Assembly: GCF_001194135.2 (NCBI RefSeq)
Contig: NC_068982.1
Location: 52,848,336-52,884,480 of the forward strand
DNA length: 36,145 nucleotides
Origin: Octopus bimaculoides
Lineage: Eukaryota
Direction of reading: 5' to 3'
Shown here: positions 12,088-23,916 of the stretch, in pieces
Layout of the letters: each line of letters opens with the position of its first letter
How positions within the stretch are numbered: position 1 is the first letter of the stretch
Notes under the pieces: generated by a model
Seen by the model: only the letters and a program-made list of their open reading frames with translations
Databases searched by the model: none
What the model was told of the DNA's origin: nothing
Program-made: the position numbers and the translations under genes

Positions 12088-12400
12088 AGGAAATTCGTGA
12101 AGGTGAAAATCGGAAATACAAGTGTTAAAATGCAGCTGAACACTGGTAGTGACATCACAATTATAAGCAAAAAAACATAGAAGTACGTCGGTAGGCCAAA
12201 GTTAATTAAATATAAAAAGGTAGCACATGGTCTTACGGGGAAAAGATTATATTTTTTTTTCGGTGAATTCATATGCAATGTAACATTTCGAGATAAAAAA
12301 AAAAAGCTAAGATATGTGTGGTAAAATGTTCGCTTAATTTATTCGGAACAGAGTGGATAGAACTATTCAAACTATGGAATACGACCATAAGTATATTTTG
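12088..12400 (+). pseudogene. Retropepsin aspartic protease relic (catalytic D to N)
   Basis: RKFVKVKIGNTSVKMQLNTGSDITIIS, where LNTGS at 12136-12150 corresponds to LDTGS. LFGTEWIELF occurs downstream. Confidence 0.85.
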
Positions 12401-12483
12401 TGTGGAAATTTAGTCGGTTCAGTCGAAACAAAAAAGTACAGTAAAGCAGAGTGGAACACCTATATGTAAGCCAAAACGAAACG

Positions 12484-13100
12484 AAAAACTACCCACGATA
12501 AAAAGTAAACATTGTTCAAAAATAGATGTTCCGTGGTCAAGAATACACATCAATGTTATTGGTCTTTTGAATGGTTCTTACTACTTAGTGGTAGCTGATA
12601 GCTTTTCGAAATGGCCTGAAATTTGTGTAGAAAACCAACCTCCTCAACTGTAATAAATTTTTACACGAATTGTTTGCGAGATTTGGAATCCCAGACGTGA
12701 TATGATAGTGTCTGACAATGGAACGCAATTTGTGTCTGCTGAATTTTAAATGTCTTTTGAAACGTTCACGGTTGAACATATAACTACGGCGCCATACCAT
12801 CACAGATCTAACGGACAGGCAAAAACGCTTTGTCGATATTTTCAAGAAAGCCCTAAGAAAGTCGAATAAGGAAGTCACGGATGAGGTAACTCTACAACAA
12901 TCTTTAAGAGTGTGACACCAAATCCGAATACACCAGTCGGTAGCTCACCAGCGGAGTTGATGTTTGCAAGGAAAGTAAAATCAGTCTTTGATAAATTGCT
13001 CCCTGGCAAGAAAAGAAAAAGTGCCAGGGAAGACGTAGCAAGATTCCTTAAAGTAGGTTGAAAAGGTGTATATGAGGAAATATAAGAATGGAAAATAGAG
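12484..13100 (+). pseudogene. Integrase catalytic core relic
   Basis: PWSRIHIN..G.LNGSYYLVVADSFSKWPE, IVSDNGTQF, and APYH.RSNGQA are all present, with frameshifts and stops. Confidence 0.88.
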
Positions 13101-13454
13101 TTGGGAAGATGGCATAATTACCAAATGCATAGGGGAAATGCTGTACTGGGTAAAAAGTAGAAAAGCATACATAAGAGAGAAAGGAACTAAGTCAAAAATA
13201 TATTAATGGAAAGTGAACCAAAGAAGTTGGGAGAACCGAGGGAATGCTTGTACGATACGTTCCAAGTACCAATGCCACTACTGGTGATTGAACCCAGGCG
13301 TATATGTGAGAGGAAAAGAAAACATACTGAGTTCCTGAAAATAAATACCAAGCGCTAAAAATATTAGATTGTGTGAAAAAAAACCCTCAAAAAAGTGAGG
13401 TGGGGTGAAGAAAAAATTATTGCTAAATAAAATGACACTTCCTAAGAAAAACTT

Positions 13455-13464
13455 AAAAGGGGAG
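13455..13464 (+). promoter_or_regulatory. Polypurine tract
   Basis: aaaaggggag immediately upstream of the 3' LTR. Confidence 0.8.
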
Positions 13465-13465
13465 T

Positions 13466-13666
13466 TGTTGTAGGGAATTAGTAATAATGGTAACCCCTCC
13501 TACGTGACGAATGGAATAACCTAGTCATTATAAATAAAGAGAGGTACATGAAGTACGATAGTAAGTAGTAGGCGGTCAGAGATGGTCGTGTATTTACTAG
13601 GTTTACTAAGTATACTGTATACCGAAGTGGGCGTTATAATAATCCAACATTTCTAAGGATATGACA
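13466..13666 (+). repeat. 3' LTR
   Basis: tgttgtagggaattagt...aaggatatgaca aligns with the 5' LTR. Confidence 0.92.
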
Positions 13667-14144
13667 AAAAGATTAACACAATCTAGAATTGAAATACTAA
13701 ATGTGTGTTACTAATAAAGTTGTTTAAATTCTATTAGTATTTTCCCCTACCTATAAAAGTTCAAAAGTAAGTTAGATAATTTTAGTTTTAGATGAAGCTT
13801 ATCAATGTTGATCCTTACATGCTCAAAAAGTTAGTTTAATTGTAAAATCAAGATTATATGTTTGTATTTGAATTAACTTTTCTGTAGTTGCTTACTGATA
13901 CCAATTCAATGACAGGATAGCTATCACGTCCACTATTAAAGACACAAATCGGATAATCTTAGATTAATCTCATAAGGAGACAACGATTTTTTGCGTTCCT
14001 CATTAAAAACCATTCACGAATGTCTGTACATCTAGAAACTGACTATGTATAACAAAATTCCATCAATTTTAAATTGCATATTTTAGTCCCTGAATGTTCG
14101 CTAGTAAAATAATTATTTCAATTTTTTGTCACAAGAGAAGCTTG

Positions 14145-14317
14145 GGATGAGTCGATTACATCGACCCCAGTGTTCAACTGGTACTTATTTTATCGACCAC
14201 GAAAGGATGAAAAGCAAAGTCGACCTCGGCGAAATTTGAACTCAGAACGTAGCGACGGGCGAAATACCGTTAAGCATTTCGTCCGGCGCGCTAACGATTC
14301 TGCCACCTCACCGCCTT
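14145..14317 (-). mobile_element. SINE family A (tail missing)
   Basis: Aligns with the head and body of 1589-1825. Confidence 0.88.
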
Positions 14318-14774
14318 GTTTACTACTGGAATAATGATAATAAAAGTATGGTAATTTTTAATTATTTAGCAGTTTTTGTTCCTTTTGCGTGACACTGGTG
14401 GCGGCAATGATAGCGGTGGTGATGGTAGTGGTGGTGATGGTAGTAGTTGTGATGGTAGTGATACTGCTGCTGTATATGATACTCATGAATATAAGAATAG
14501 TTCCTCAAATTACTATAGCTAAAGAATATAGGAATTAAATTACAAAAACATAAGACATGACGGCTCTCGCCTACACATATATTATGCACTTTACTGTTTA
14601 CGTCACTGTTCCATATTAGTTGTCACTTGAAAATTCTCAGCTATTACTGAAATGGGATTATCAAAAAGAAAGTTATTGAACTAAAACAACAATACTAACA
14701 AGTTGATCTGTACTATTTATTCTTATTTTGCTGATATTCAAAATTCTCTCTGAAGTGTAAAGTAGGTAATTGAA

Positions 14775-14776
<2 letters not shown>

Positions 14777-14832
<56 letters not shown>

Positions 14833-14880
14833 ATGTACATATATATACATGTATGTATGTGTGTGTGAGTGTGTATGTGT
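14777..14880. repeat. (CA)n and mixed TA/TG microsatellite
   Basis: Direct reading. Confidence 0.95.
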
Positions 14881-16038
14881 CACTATATGTTTGAAATTAT
14901 TCACCTCTTAGTGAGCTCCATATATGTAATATACTTAATAACATTCATATTGCATTTATTGTAGCCGAGGGTAAATATTGAAAGTTGTTAGAAATAAGTG
15001 TTGTATACACAAAAGTCAACGAAAAGCAATCAAAGCAATTTCGAATTTGTGGCTGAAATGTTCCGATATTTTTTTTTTCAAAGATAAGAATTAAGAATCA
15101 TACAACAGTTATAGCGGATTCTGTGTGTTGAGTATTTACTGATTAATTTGCAAACGTACAAATTTGAGTCACTTCCTCATAAGACTCCGTTCAGTATTAT
15201 AAGCTCCCAAGGTAAGAATATCGCCCCGGCGATATTCTTAATTTGACACATTATTCATAATTTGTATTTCGTATTGTACATCCTCAAATTGTGTATTTCA
15301 CCAAGCTGCATTCACAAAATAGGCATGATTAACTTTATATTCTTTTCTTTGGACATTGGAGCTTCAGATTTGCATGTTGCAGGTTTCTGCAGCTTAAATT
15401 TCACATCGCTCACCTGGTATTGTGTTATATTATGAATGGATCTTCTGCAAATCTGCAATACCTGAGCTGTTAACTCTGTACTGGATGACGTTAAGGTATC
15501 TTACATAATTTATGGTGATGTCAACGTCCTTGGTTTGCGAAAACTCGATATTAAAGCCAGTGGTCACAAGACTGGGGCAACGACGGTGTAAAAAACTGTC
15601 AGTCAACACTAAACTCTGTACACAAGGTAGGGGACTTTCGACACTGCATTGTGGTAGTTACTTTTTGTAATGTTTTATCGATTAAATGCGTTGATGTTTG
15701 AATATTTGATTCGGGCAGAGCTTTTAGTATCATAGTATGGCATCACCGTCCTTCTTCCGTCCATAGCAACTATTTTTGACCATTTCAACGCATTACCATT
15801 TGAATATTCTACTATATATACATTTGTTATAAGGGCTCAACAGTACTTAGGCACATCAACTCGTACGACATCAGAAATGGCTAGGCACGATGATATAGAG
15901 TCCATAGTGAGGTTAACAACAATGAATTATCATGTGTTGGTAGGAAACTGTAGATATTTAAGTACCAAATCCAATTTAAACTGTAGATCCGACTCAGCAG
16001 TTGATTCCAAGTGTGACGCAGATATAAAAAGAGAACAC

Positions 16039-16263
16039 AGCTGGCAGAAACGTTAGCACGCCGGGCGAAATGCTTAGCGGTATTTAGTCTGCCGTTACGT
16101 TCTGAGTTCAAATTCCGCCGAGTTCGACTTTGCCTTTCATCCTTTCGGGATCGATAAATTAAGTACCAGTTACGCACTGGGATCGATGTAATCGACTTAA
16201 TCCCTTTGTCTGTCCTTGTTTGTCCCCTCTATGTTTAACCCCTTGTGGGCAATAAAGAAATAA
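16039..16263 (+). mobile_element. SINE family A, near full length (tail type 1)
   Basis: agctggcagaaacgttagcacgccgggcgaaatgcttagcgg...gagttcaaattccgccgag...gtgggcaataaagaaataa. Confidence 0.9.
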
Positions 16264-16358
16264 CAAATGGTGTTTAAAATTTACGACAGACGTTTTGGTA
16301 GAATTTTATTGATGCATTCATTGATCACATCATAACATACAACACACCATATTCGGGT

Positions 16359-16526
16359 NNNNNNNNNNNNNNNNNNNNNNNNNNNNNNNNNNNNNNNNNN
16401 NNNNNNNNNNNNNNNNNNNNNNNNNNNNNNNNNNNNNNNNNNNNNNNNNNNNNNNNNNNNNNNNNNNNNNNNNNNNNNNNNNNNNNNNNNNNNNNNNNNN
16501 NNNNNNNNNNNNNNNNNNNNNNNNNN
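16359..16526. other. Assembly gap (N run)
   Basis: Direct reading. Another short gap lies at 846-855. Confidence 1.
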
Positions 16527-17609
16527 TATACATATATATAAACAAGGAGAGAGAGAGAGAGAGAGAGAGAGAAATTTATATTTCATTAGTTATTTAAAAA
16601 CTAATACCAAGAAGCTTCCGAGAAATGTCTTCTCGAATAACTAATTAACTGAATTGAATAAAATATAAAAGTGAATTTAGTATTCCGTAGCTAACGTTTA
16701 AAATGATGCATAGATTATAACGAAGTTTAGCTTCTCGAGGACGCTACACTTTGTATCATTTGCGTGTCACGAAAAACATCTATGGATTCGTGGATAGATT
16801 TCTACCAATTACACTGGTAACAAATTAGCAAATTGAAATTTTGAAACCAAAAGTATCGAACTTGCCCTATTTTCACTCTTATACCGACAATTCTAAAAAA
16901 CATTTGGTACAAGTACATATTGCTGTTTAGGTTTTCTATCAGTTAAAAATTATACGTTATTTCTTATATCTTATGTTACCTACGGATGAATTTCCAATGC
17001 ATTTTGCTTAGTTACAACGAGCTATTTACACAGATTTTTCTTCATACACATAGCGAATATACATTTCATTCTCCCAATAGATACGTGTGGGTAGAGTAAG
17101 AAACTTTATTGGAAGAGTACGGTTGTAACTATTTCACCTCACTTAAGGAACTAATGTTTTGAAAATATACTTCAGGAATTTGAGGATTTGGGTCTATGTC
17201 ATAAAAAAGAATCTTTAGAATGATGAGTTGTTCCAATGAACAAAGTGATTAGATATTACATTATTAGAGACGTGCTCAGCACCTCTTACTTTATACAGTG
17301 AAATCTTGCAGCTTCAAATCACTGCAGGGAGGTTTGGCAATTCATTAGTTAAATAAAAGGCGATAGTGCATGACTAACGATCAGTTCACGCACAAATGTT
17401 GCAAAGGAGCGTAAAATATTAATAAGTCATGTTCGAATGCGAAATATATGCTTGACATGGCAAATCTTGAAAAAAAGCAAATCACATCTAAGATATCAAA
17501 TTGAGCATAATGCTGAATACTGTGAATATACAATAACTGAATCGTTATAAAGTAAAATCAGCAAATTGGAAAAAAATTATGAAAATCGTTTAATATCACG
17601 CCAGCATGG

Positions 17610-17692
17610 ATGTATGTAATGTGTGTATAAATGGTGTGGTATGTATAAATATTTAAATATATACACACACATATATATAGATAGATGCAAAT

Positions 17693-17741
<49 letters not shown>

Positions 17742-17810
17742 CACACATATTTATATATATATATGAACAAATATGCACGTGCATGTGTGTGAGTCTGTGG
17801 AGTCATATAT

Positions 17811-17874
<64 letters not shown>

Positions 17875-17920
17875 TGTATGTATGTATGTATGATGTATGT
17901 ATGTATATATATGTATACGT
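17610..17920. repeat. Mosaic TA/CA/TATG microsatellite tract
   Basis: Direct reading. Confidence 0.9.
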
Positions 17921-18582
17921 GTGGTGCCTATTGTGCGTAGTTATGCATATTAAATGTATGAATATGACTCCCTATACATGAATATGATTAATTACGCTGT
18001 ATTGGTACCTTAGTTATTAATGCCGGGTCAATAAACTTTAATAATCTTGTTTACAATTTAATGAATAAGTCTGCGATACTTTTTCGGCGGCTTAAAAGAC
18101 CGACATAATAGATTCCGGATGTGTTATGAGAAATACAAAACAAATTGTTTCGAACCTGATTCTAAGCAACTGAGTACTTTGTTTCTAATTTAGAATTCTG
18201 AAGCATCGTTCCATGGACCACAAGATTTTGATGGGTTTCTGATTTTAGTCACCAACTAATGTGATTCTTATTTGAGAAAATCAGTCAAGATTTGGGTGAG
18301 ATAAAAGCAAAAATTATAATGAAATAATCCAGTGAGTATTATTTTCACTACTTTGGAAATTCTACGTAAAAGTTTTGTACTTCAGTATTTGACTGACTGA
18401 AGCTAGTGATATATTGCAAATAACGGCTTTAGGCTGAGTTTCCTGAGATAAATAATTTCTTCTTCAGTTTAGTTTCCATTATTTTAATGCACACATAAAA
18501 ACAAAGAAAAATGCGTAAAAGGATACATAGAGAATATAGATGTTTATATTGATTAATAAAGTAAAACTAAAATTTAATCATT

Positions 18583-19085
18583 TTTTTTATAGTTTTATTA
18601 GTTTCAGGTAAAGCCTATGGCCATCCTGAAGCACCACTATTAACGTTAACGATTTCATTTAAAAACTCATTTCCGGGCCTTGTCTCCAGAATGGCCCAAT
18701 TGAAATAGTGAGTTGGACAGAGCTGCCCTTCTTTGATTTTCTTGCCGCAGTGTGGATTTATCATGTTTGGATAAAAATATGTCTAAATGTTCCTTAAATA
18801 CATCTACATTTACTACTCGTAGATCTCTGAGGCTTTTCAGCAAGCTATTGAAAGTTTGTGGGCCTTTGAACTCTGGCTTTTACGCTGGATAGACTGGACG
18901 GGATTATTGGCACTATGCAGTGACATCCAATCCAGTGATTGGTACAGTAAAGCCTGCAAAGCTGGGTGCTATACCTTCAATGATTTTCCATATATTTTTC
19001 ACTGCATATCTTTTGCATCGTCTGTCTGGGGAATAAGGCTTCAGCTCTTTTAGTATCTCAATAAAACTCAGTAGCTCAATTAAAA
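18583..19085 (-). mobile_element. 5'-truncated CR1/L2-group LINE: ORF2 C-terminus and 3' UTR
   Basis: Minus-strand translations EILKELKPYSPDRRCKRYAVKNIWKIIEGIAP, FKGPQTFNSLLKSLRDL and VDVFKEHLD match CR1-type ORF2 C-terminal motifs (ERLKEL.LYSLERRR.RY...WKI.EG; GP.LFN.LP; FK..LD). The element ends in an A-rich tail. Confidence 0.8.
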
Positions 19086-19344
19086 ATCTATTTTAAAAGT
19101 TTTCAAGAACATTAAAAATTGAAAACCAAAATTAAGTAAATAAAAAAGCTTAGCGAATTGCAATTTCAGATTGTGAGCAACTGCTGTCAGGAAATATTTT
19201 TTTCTTTTCAAAATTGTGAATGTTGATCCAATTTCTTATTCGTTTCTTTATTGCAGTTTAGCTGTGTTCACCATATTCTTCGCAACAGAATTAAAACATT
19301 TTTTTATATAAATGTTATTCTCGTTATCTCTACTGTCTCTACGG

Positions 19345-19549
19345 NNNNNNNNNNNNNNNNNNNNNNNNNNNNNNNNNNNNNNNNNNNNNNNNNNNNNNNN
19401 NNNNNNNNNNNNNNNNNNNNNNNNNNNNNNNNNNNNNNNNNNNNNNNNNNNNNNNNNNNNNNNNNNNNNNNNNNNNNNNNNNNNNNNNNNNNNNNNNNNN
19501 NNNNNNNNNNNNNNNNNNNNNNNNNNNNNNNNNNNNNNNNNNNNNNNNN
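19345..19549. other. Assembly gap (N run)
   Basis: Direct reading. Confidence 1.
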
Positions 19550-19794
19550 GAAAGAAGACAAGGTACAACGGATGTATTAGTTTAACGATTAAAATAAAAG
19601 GAAAGAGTTTTGACGTTTAGAACGTTAGTCATTGATCAGAAAACAAATGTTCTGCATTATTCATAGACTAATAGTCATTTCTCTTAATGGATGCATGCTT
19701 ATTACTGCAAATATTTGCTACCGCTTTTTAATAACTTTACCGTTTTTTTCTAACTGTTCACATAAATACATAGATACATACATACATGAAATCC

Positions 19795-19990
19795 ATTCCA
19801 TAGATATCAAAGCCCGCAAAATCCTGGGAACTGAAAGTGGTAGAGGCCTGAGATCAGTGCAGACTGCCTTCGAATGCCGTATGGTATCACTCAGGCAGCA
19901 CCTGCTAAATAACAGCAGCAAAAATACATATATAAATGCAGTGCCGAAAAGTGAAGTGAGCAACAATGCACGAGTTGGTAGTGAGCTCCT
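19795..19990 (+). mobile_element. Degraded non-LTR retrotransposon fragment (post-RT region, R4/Dong-like)
   Basis: IHSIDIKARKIL...GRGLRSVQTAFECRMVSLRQHLL parallels LIKIERKTRKIM...RGLIQLENYYKLTTIGLQKYLL in the 34581 ORF. Confidence 0.6.
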
Positions 19991-20081
19991 CAAGACGTAC
20001 TCTTCCACTCACAGACTGCGTTTGCAATTTACGAATTAGCCGGTCGATTTCTCTTTCTGAAAATTCCAGTTTATCCAGATT

Positions 20082-20260
20082 TTTATAACAAGACAAAACA
20101 ATGTGCATAATAACACTTACAATCTCAAACAACTGACAAGTAAAACTGTGGTACTGAGAAGAATATTGCTGTAGACCATGTTTTATACTAAGACAAAACA
20201 ATGTACATGATAACACTTCCGACCTTATATCAAGACAAAAACTGTACATGATAACACTTC
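20082..20260 (-). mobile_element. Rearranged fragments of the 8240-8687 repeat, with three copies of a ~35-bp motif
   Basis: The motif ttata..aagacaaaacaatgtacatgataacactt occurs at 20082-20119, 20181-20220 and 20225-20260. The block abuts (ATT/GTT)n at 20266-20322. Confidence 0.7.
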
Positions 20261-20325
20261 TCATCATTATTATTGTTATTGTTGTTGTTGTTGTTGTTGT
20301 TGTTATTATTATTATTATTATTGTT

Positions 20326-20629
20326 CAGTAGTTTTATTTTTATAACGTGCTTTCACTTCACTACCGTGCGCAGCTCTGTGCGCCTTGGGTATGTGCTGTG
20401 GTTTGCTGTGGTGCTCTTATGTTTACTGTATTGAAAGTGTTTTGCGTAGAATGTGTGCAGTACCCAGTAGTGCAATTTTCTGTATGTTATATATATTTGT
20501 AAGTCCTGGTGTTTTTGTTATGTATTTGTCTGAATATTTTTTTATTATACCTAAGGCACCTACTATGATAGGAATTGTTTCTGTTTTTAGATTCCACATT
20601 CGAGTTATCTCTATTTCCAGGTCTTTGTA

Positions 20630-20633
<4 letters not shown>
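20326..20633 (-). mobile_element. 5'-truncated R4/Dong-type element (last ~308 bp) inside a (TAA)n array
   Basis: Reverse complement of ~35783-36090, encoding KYKDLEIEITRMWNLKTETIPIIVGALG...RKTLSIQ plus the 3' UTR. Flanked by (ATT)n on both sides. Confidence 0.92.
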
Positions 20634-20673
<40 letters not shown>

Positions 20674-21840
20674 GCAATTAAATATTATTACAGTACTTGT
20701 ACATATAGGAGTTGGAAAGATATTTCTTCTTTAGCTAAAATAACTCGACTACTGTTATTGAAGCTTCCAATCACAATAATTACCGAGCAAACTGATTAAT
20801 ATTTAGCCCAAAAAAGTTTTGTGTTGGAAGAATATCCTTAAATATCCTGGAAATCTATTTAATGCCCAACAATTATTCTGATCAAGATAAAAATGAATTT
20901 TACGAATGGAATCATTATATTCATAAAACTATAGATAATTGATAAGGACAATTAATTGTAATTGAATACTAGTCAGTACTAATTTACTTTCTAACTCTAG
21001 TCGAAATTTTGTTTCTTTTTTTCATAATAAGGTCTTGATATTTTGTATAGTTTTTTCCTGTATTCACATATTTATGCATGCTTTCGTGCACACTAGCCCT
21101 GTTTTCTGTGATTCTAATTCTTGGTAAAAAGCCTATGAAGAAAACAGGAATCTGAATATCTTAACAATCGTCAATAATGAAACAGTATCTTTACATCTAT
21201 ATTAATGCAGGTAATAAAAATATCTAATGAAGAAAAAATGGATCATTTGTAAATTATTTCTGAAATTAATAAATGAAACATTTTATTGTACTTTGATTAA
21301 ACGAACAATTTTCTGCAAGCAGTAATGAAAATATATGAAATCAATAATGTGAACATATATAAATGTTAAACATCAAATGAAATAACGTGAGGAAATAGCT
21401 AAAATTTGCTTAAACTTGTACGTCTGCAAAATAATCAACCCACAGAATCAGCTATAACAGTTGTACGATTTTTAATACTTATTTTTTTAAAAATCAATAA
21501 TATCTCGACCATAGCTTCGAAATTGCTTTGATTGTTTTTCATTGACTTTTCTTCATATAATTATTTCTAAGCTTTTAATATTTTCCCTCGGCTACAACAA
21601 ATGCAATATAAATGCTATTAAGAGTAATTTTGCATATATGGAGCTTTGTAAGAGTGAAATAATTTCATATATATACATATCAATATTTTAGCCTTTCTCG
21701 TTCCCATGTCTCTGTTGAAATACACTGATTTTAGTTCAACTAATTTTGAAAATAATGAAGAATTTGTTAAAATAATTTTTTCATTAATAAACTGGCATGT
21801 GGAATATAAATTAACATGGAATTTGAGGGAAGATATCCTT

Positions 21841-22037
21841 TCTACTATAGGTACAAGACCTGAAAATGTGGGGCAGGAGCTAGTCGAATATCTCGGCCCC
21901 AGTGTTCAACTGGTAGACCTCGGAATGATGAAAAGGAAAGTCGACATCGGCAGAATTTGAACTCAGAACGTAAAGATAGATGAAATGCCTCTACGCATTT
22001 TATCCGGTATGCTAAAGATTCTGCAGCTCGCTGACTT
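21841..22037 (-). mobile_element. SINE family A, diverged with internal deletion (tail type 2)
   Basis: Head and body match family A. The tail reads tctactataggtacaagacctgaaaatgtgggg on the plus strand. Confidence 0.75.
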
Positions 22038-22880
22038 ATTTTGAAGAAAGATGTAGATTTATATTAGTTTAACAAAATAAGAAGTTTATGTCATATAATT
22101 AGGTAGGGGTGGTCTCAAGTGTGTTGATATCAAAAGGCTAAAACCTATTTTAAGAATACTAAAATATGTAGCAATGAGATGCCCAGATTTGACCGCTTTT
22201 TTGGCTTATTGCTGTTTATAGGTGACTGCAAATAGTCTTTCAACAGTAAAGTCTGCACCTTTTATCATAAGAAATTTTTAAAAAAGCTTTCAAATATGAA
22301 AAAGAAAGCCTTTGATATTTAGGTTTAGGCATCTGCCTTGTAACTTGAATATGGACTGCAATATTTCTGAAAGGAATGTAAATCCAGGCTTAAAACAATA
22401 TTAGCTCATAACCATCTGAAATATTATTTCACTTATTTGTACTCATCTGTTTGTATAAGATATGAATATCACTATGGAATTATTCTGCACTGTGTATATG
22501 TGTGTGAGGTGTGTGTGTGCGTGTATCTGTGTCAATAATTTTGATGACAAAAAAAAAAAGCTGTTTCAGTGCCTTCCGAAGCATTAAGTATTAATAATGG
22601 CAAACTTAGTGTTGAAAAGATTTTGAAAAATTGTAATGTGAATTCTTTTCAGAAATAAAATTCTTCGAATATACGAATTCCATTAATGTTTTTCTTATAG
22701 GTATAAAACATTACTTGCTGTAAAATAAATAAACATTTTATAAGTTGTATAAGCATTATACTACTGCAGAAAATACACCGGAAATGCAAAATATAGTCCT
22801 AGAGCGCACAATGTTCCTGAAGGTCGGCAATGGTCTTCCTCGGTCACGAGTGGAAGGCCATCATCATCATCATCATCATC

Positions 22881-22919
<39 letters not shown>

Positions 22920-22928
22920 TACACACAC

Positions 22929-23120
22929 CACCACTTGACGACCGGTGTTGGTGTGTTTACGTTCGCGCAACTTAACGGTTCGATAGAAAATACCGATAGA
23001 ATAATTACCAGGCTTTAAAAAATTAGTGCTAGGGTCGCTTCGTTCGACGAAAATTCTTCAAGGTGGTGCCCCAGTATGGCCGCAGTCTATCGACTGAAAC
23101 AAGTACAAGATAAAAGATAA
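22929..23120 (+). mobile_element. SINE family B, 3' half
   Basis: cacttgacgaccggtgttggtgtgtttacg...ggtgccccagtatggccgcagtctatcgactgaaacaag, starting right after a (TA)(CA) microsatellite. Confidence 0.8.
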
Positions 23121-23696
23121 CAGATTTATAACAAAATCGTGAGATTCGCCATTTTCTACTTGTTCTCTCCCATATAAAAAAATTTCGTATGTAGAATAAT
23201 CATGTCAATTGGACAGAAGTGTAAAGCTTTTTTCTGCAAAATATGACATGTTAGTATAGTTATCATTTTTTCTATGGCCTAGTCGGAGAAGAAAATGGGA
23301 TCCCGCATTATTTTCCGATCCTTTCCTCTTGGCTGCTTTGACTGATTGAACACTTGTAGACCGATGGCTTTAATAAATGTGAGTGGAAAGATATGATCAA
23401 ATGAAAACAGTTGGGTGGAAGGTAAAGTATTTAGGCATCTGTATAGCGATAGCAGGAGAGAAGAGGTGTAGGATGAACAGTAATATACTTCACAGGATCT
23501 GAGGTTATTATAATCATGATAGAAAATGTATAATAGTGAACATCGCGTATGTTGTAATATCGCGTGGTTGTAATACGTTGGCAAGCGACTGTTTATTGAG
23601 CAGTGAAAAGAGCTTCCTTAGAAGTGCTAACATCTTAATATAATAACAAAGGCAGGAAAAAGTCGGACTAAATGTCATACAGTATTTAATTTCATT

Positions 23697-23910
23697 AATC
23701 AGCAAGTTGGCAGAATCTTTGCCGTACCGGTCAAAATGCTTAGCATCATTCCGTCCGTCTTTGCATTCTGGTTCTAAACTCTGTTGAGGTCGACTTTGTC
23801 TTTCGAGGTCGATAAAGTAAGTACCAGTTGAACACTGAGGTCGATGTAATCGACTTAATCCCACTTCCTGAAATTGCTGGACTTAGGCCAAGATTTAAAA
23901 CCAATATTTA
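23697..23910 (+). mobile_element. SINE family A (tail type 2), first unit of a tandem pair
   Basis: Aligns with family A and shares the private variant gaatctttgccgt and the flank aaaccaatatttag with the next unit. Confidence 0.8.
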
Positions 23911-23916
23911 GCTTCA

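Larger units (their letters stand above)
10780..13666 (+). mobile_element. Ty3/Gypsy (Mag-like) LTR retrotransposon, degenerate, lacking RT and RNase H (2887 bp)
   Basis: Two ~200-bp TG...CA LTRs, a PBS, a PPT, gag with two zinc knuckles, protease and integrase core in Gypsy order. The 5-bp flanks aaaat and aaaag match at 4/5, a possible TSD. Confidence 0.93.

Noticed and set aside
22822-22880. Short GC-rich segment followed by (CAT)n, a possible RTE-type 3' end
   Set aside because: Too short and single-copy in this window to assign.
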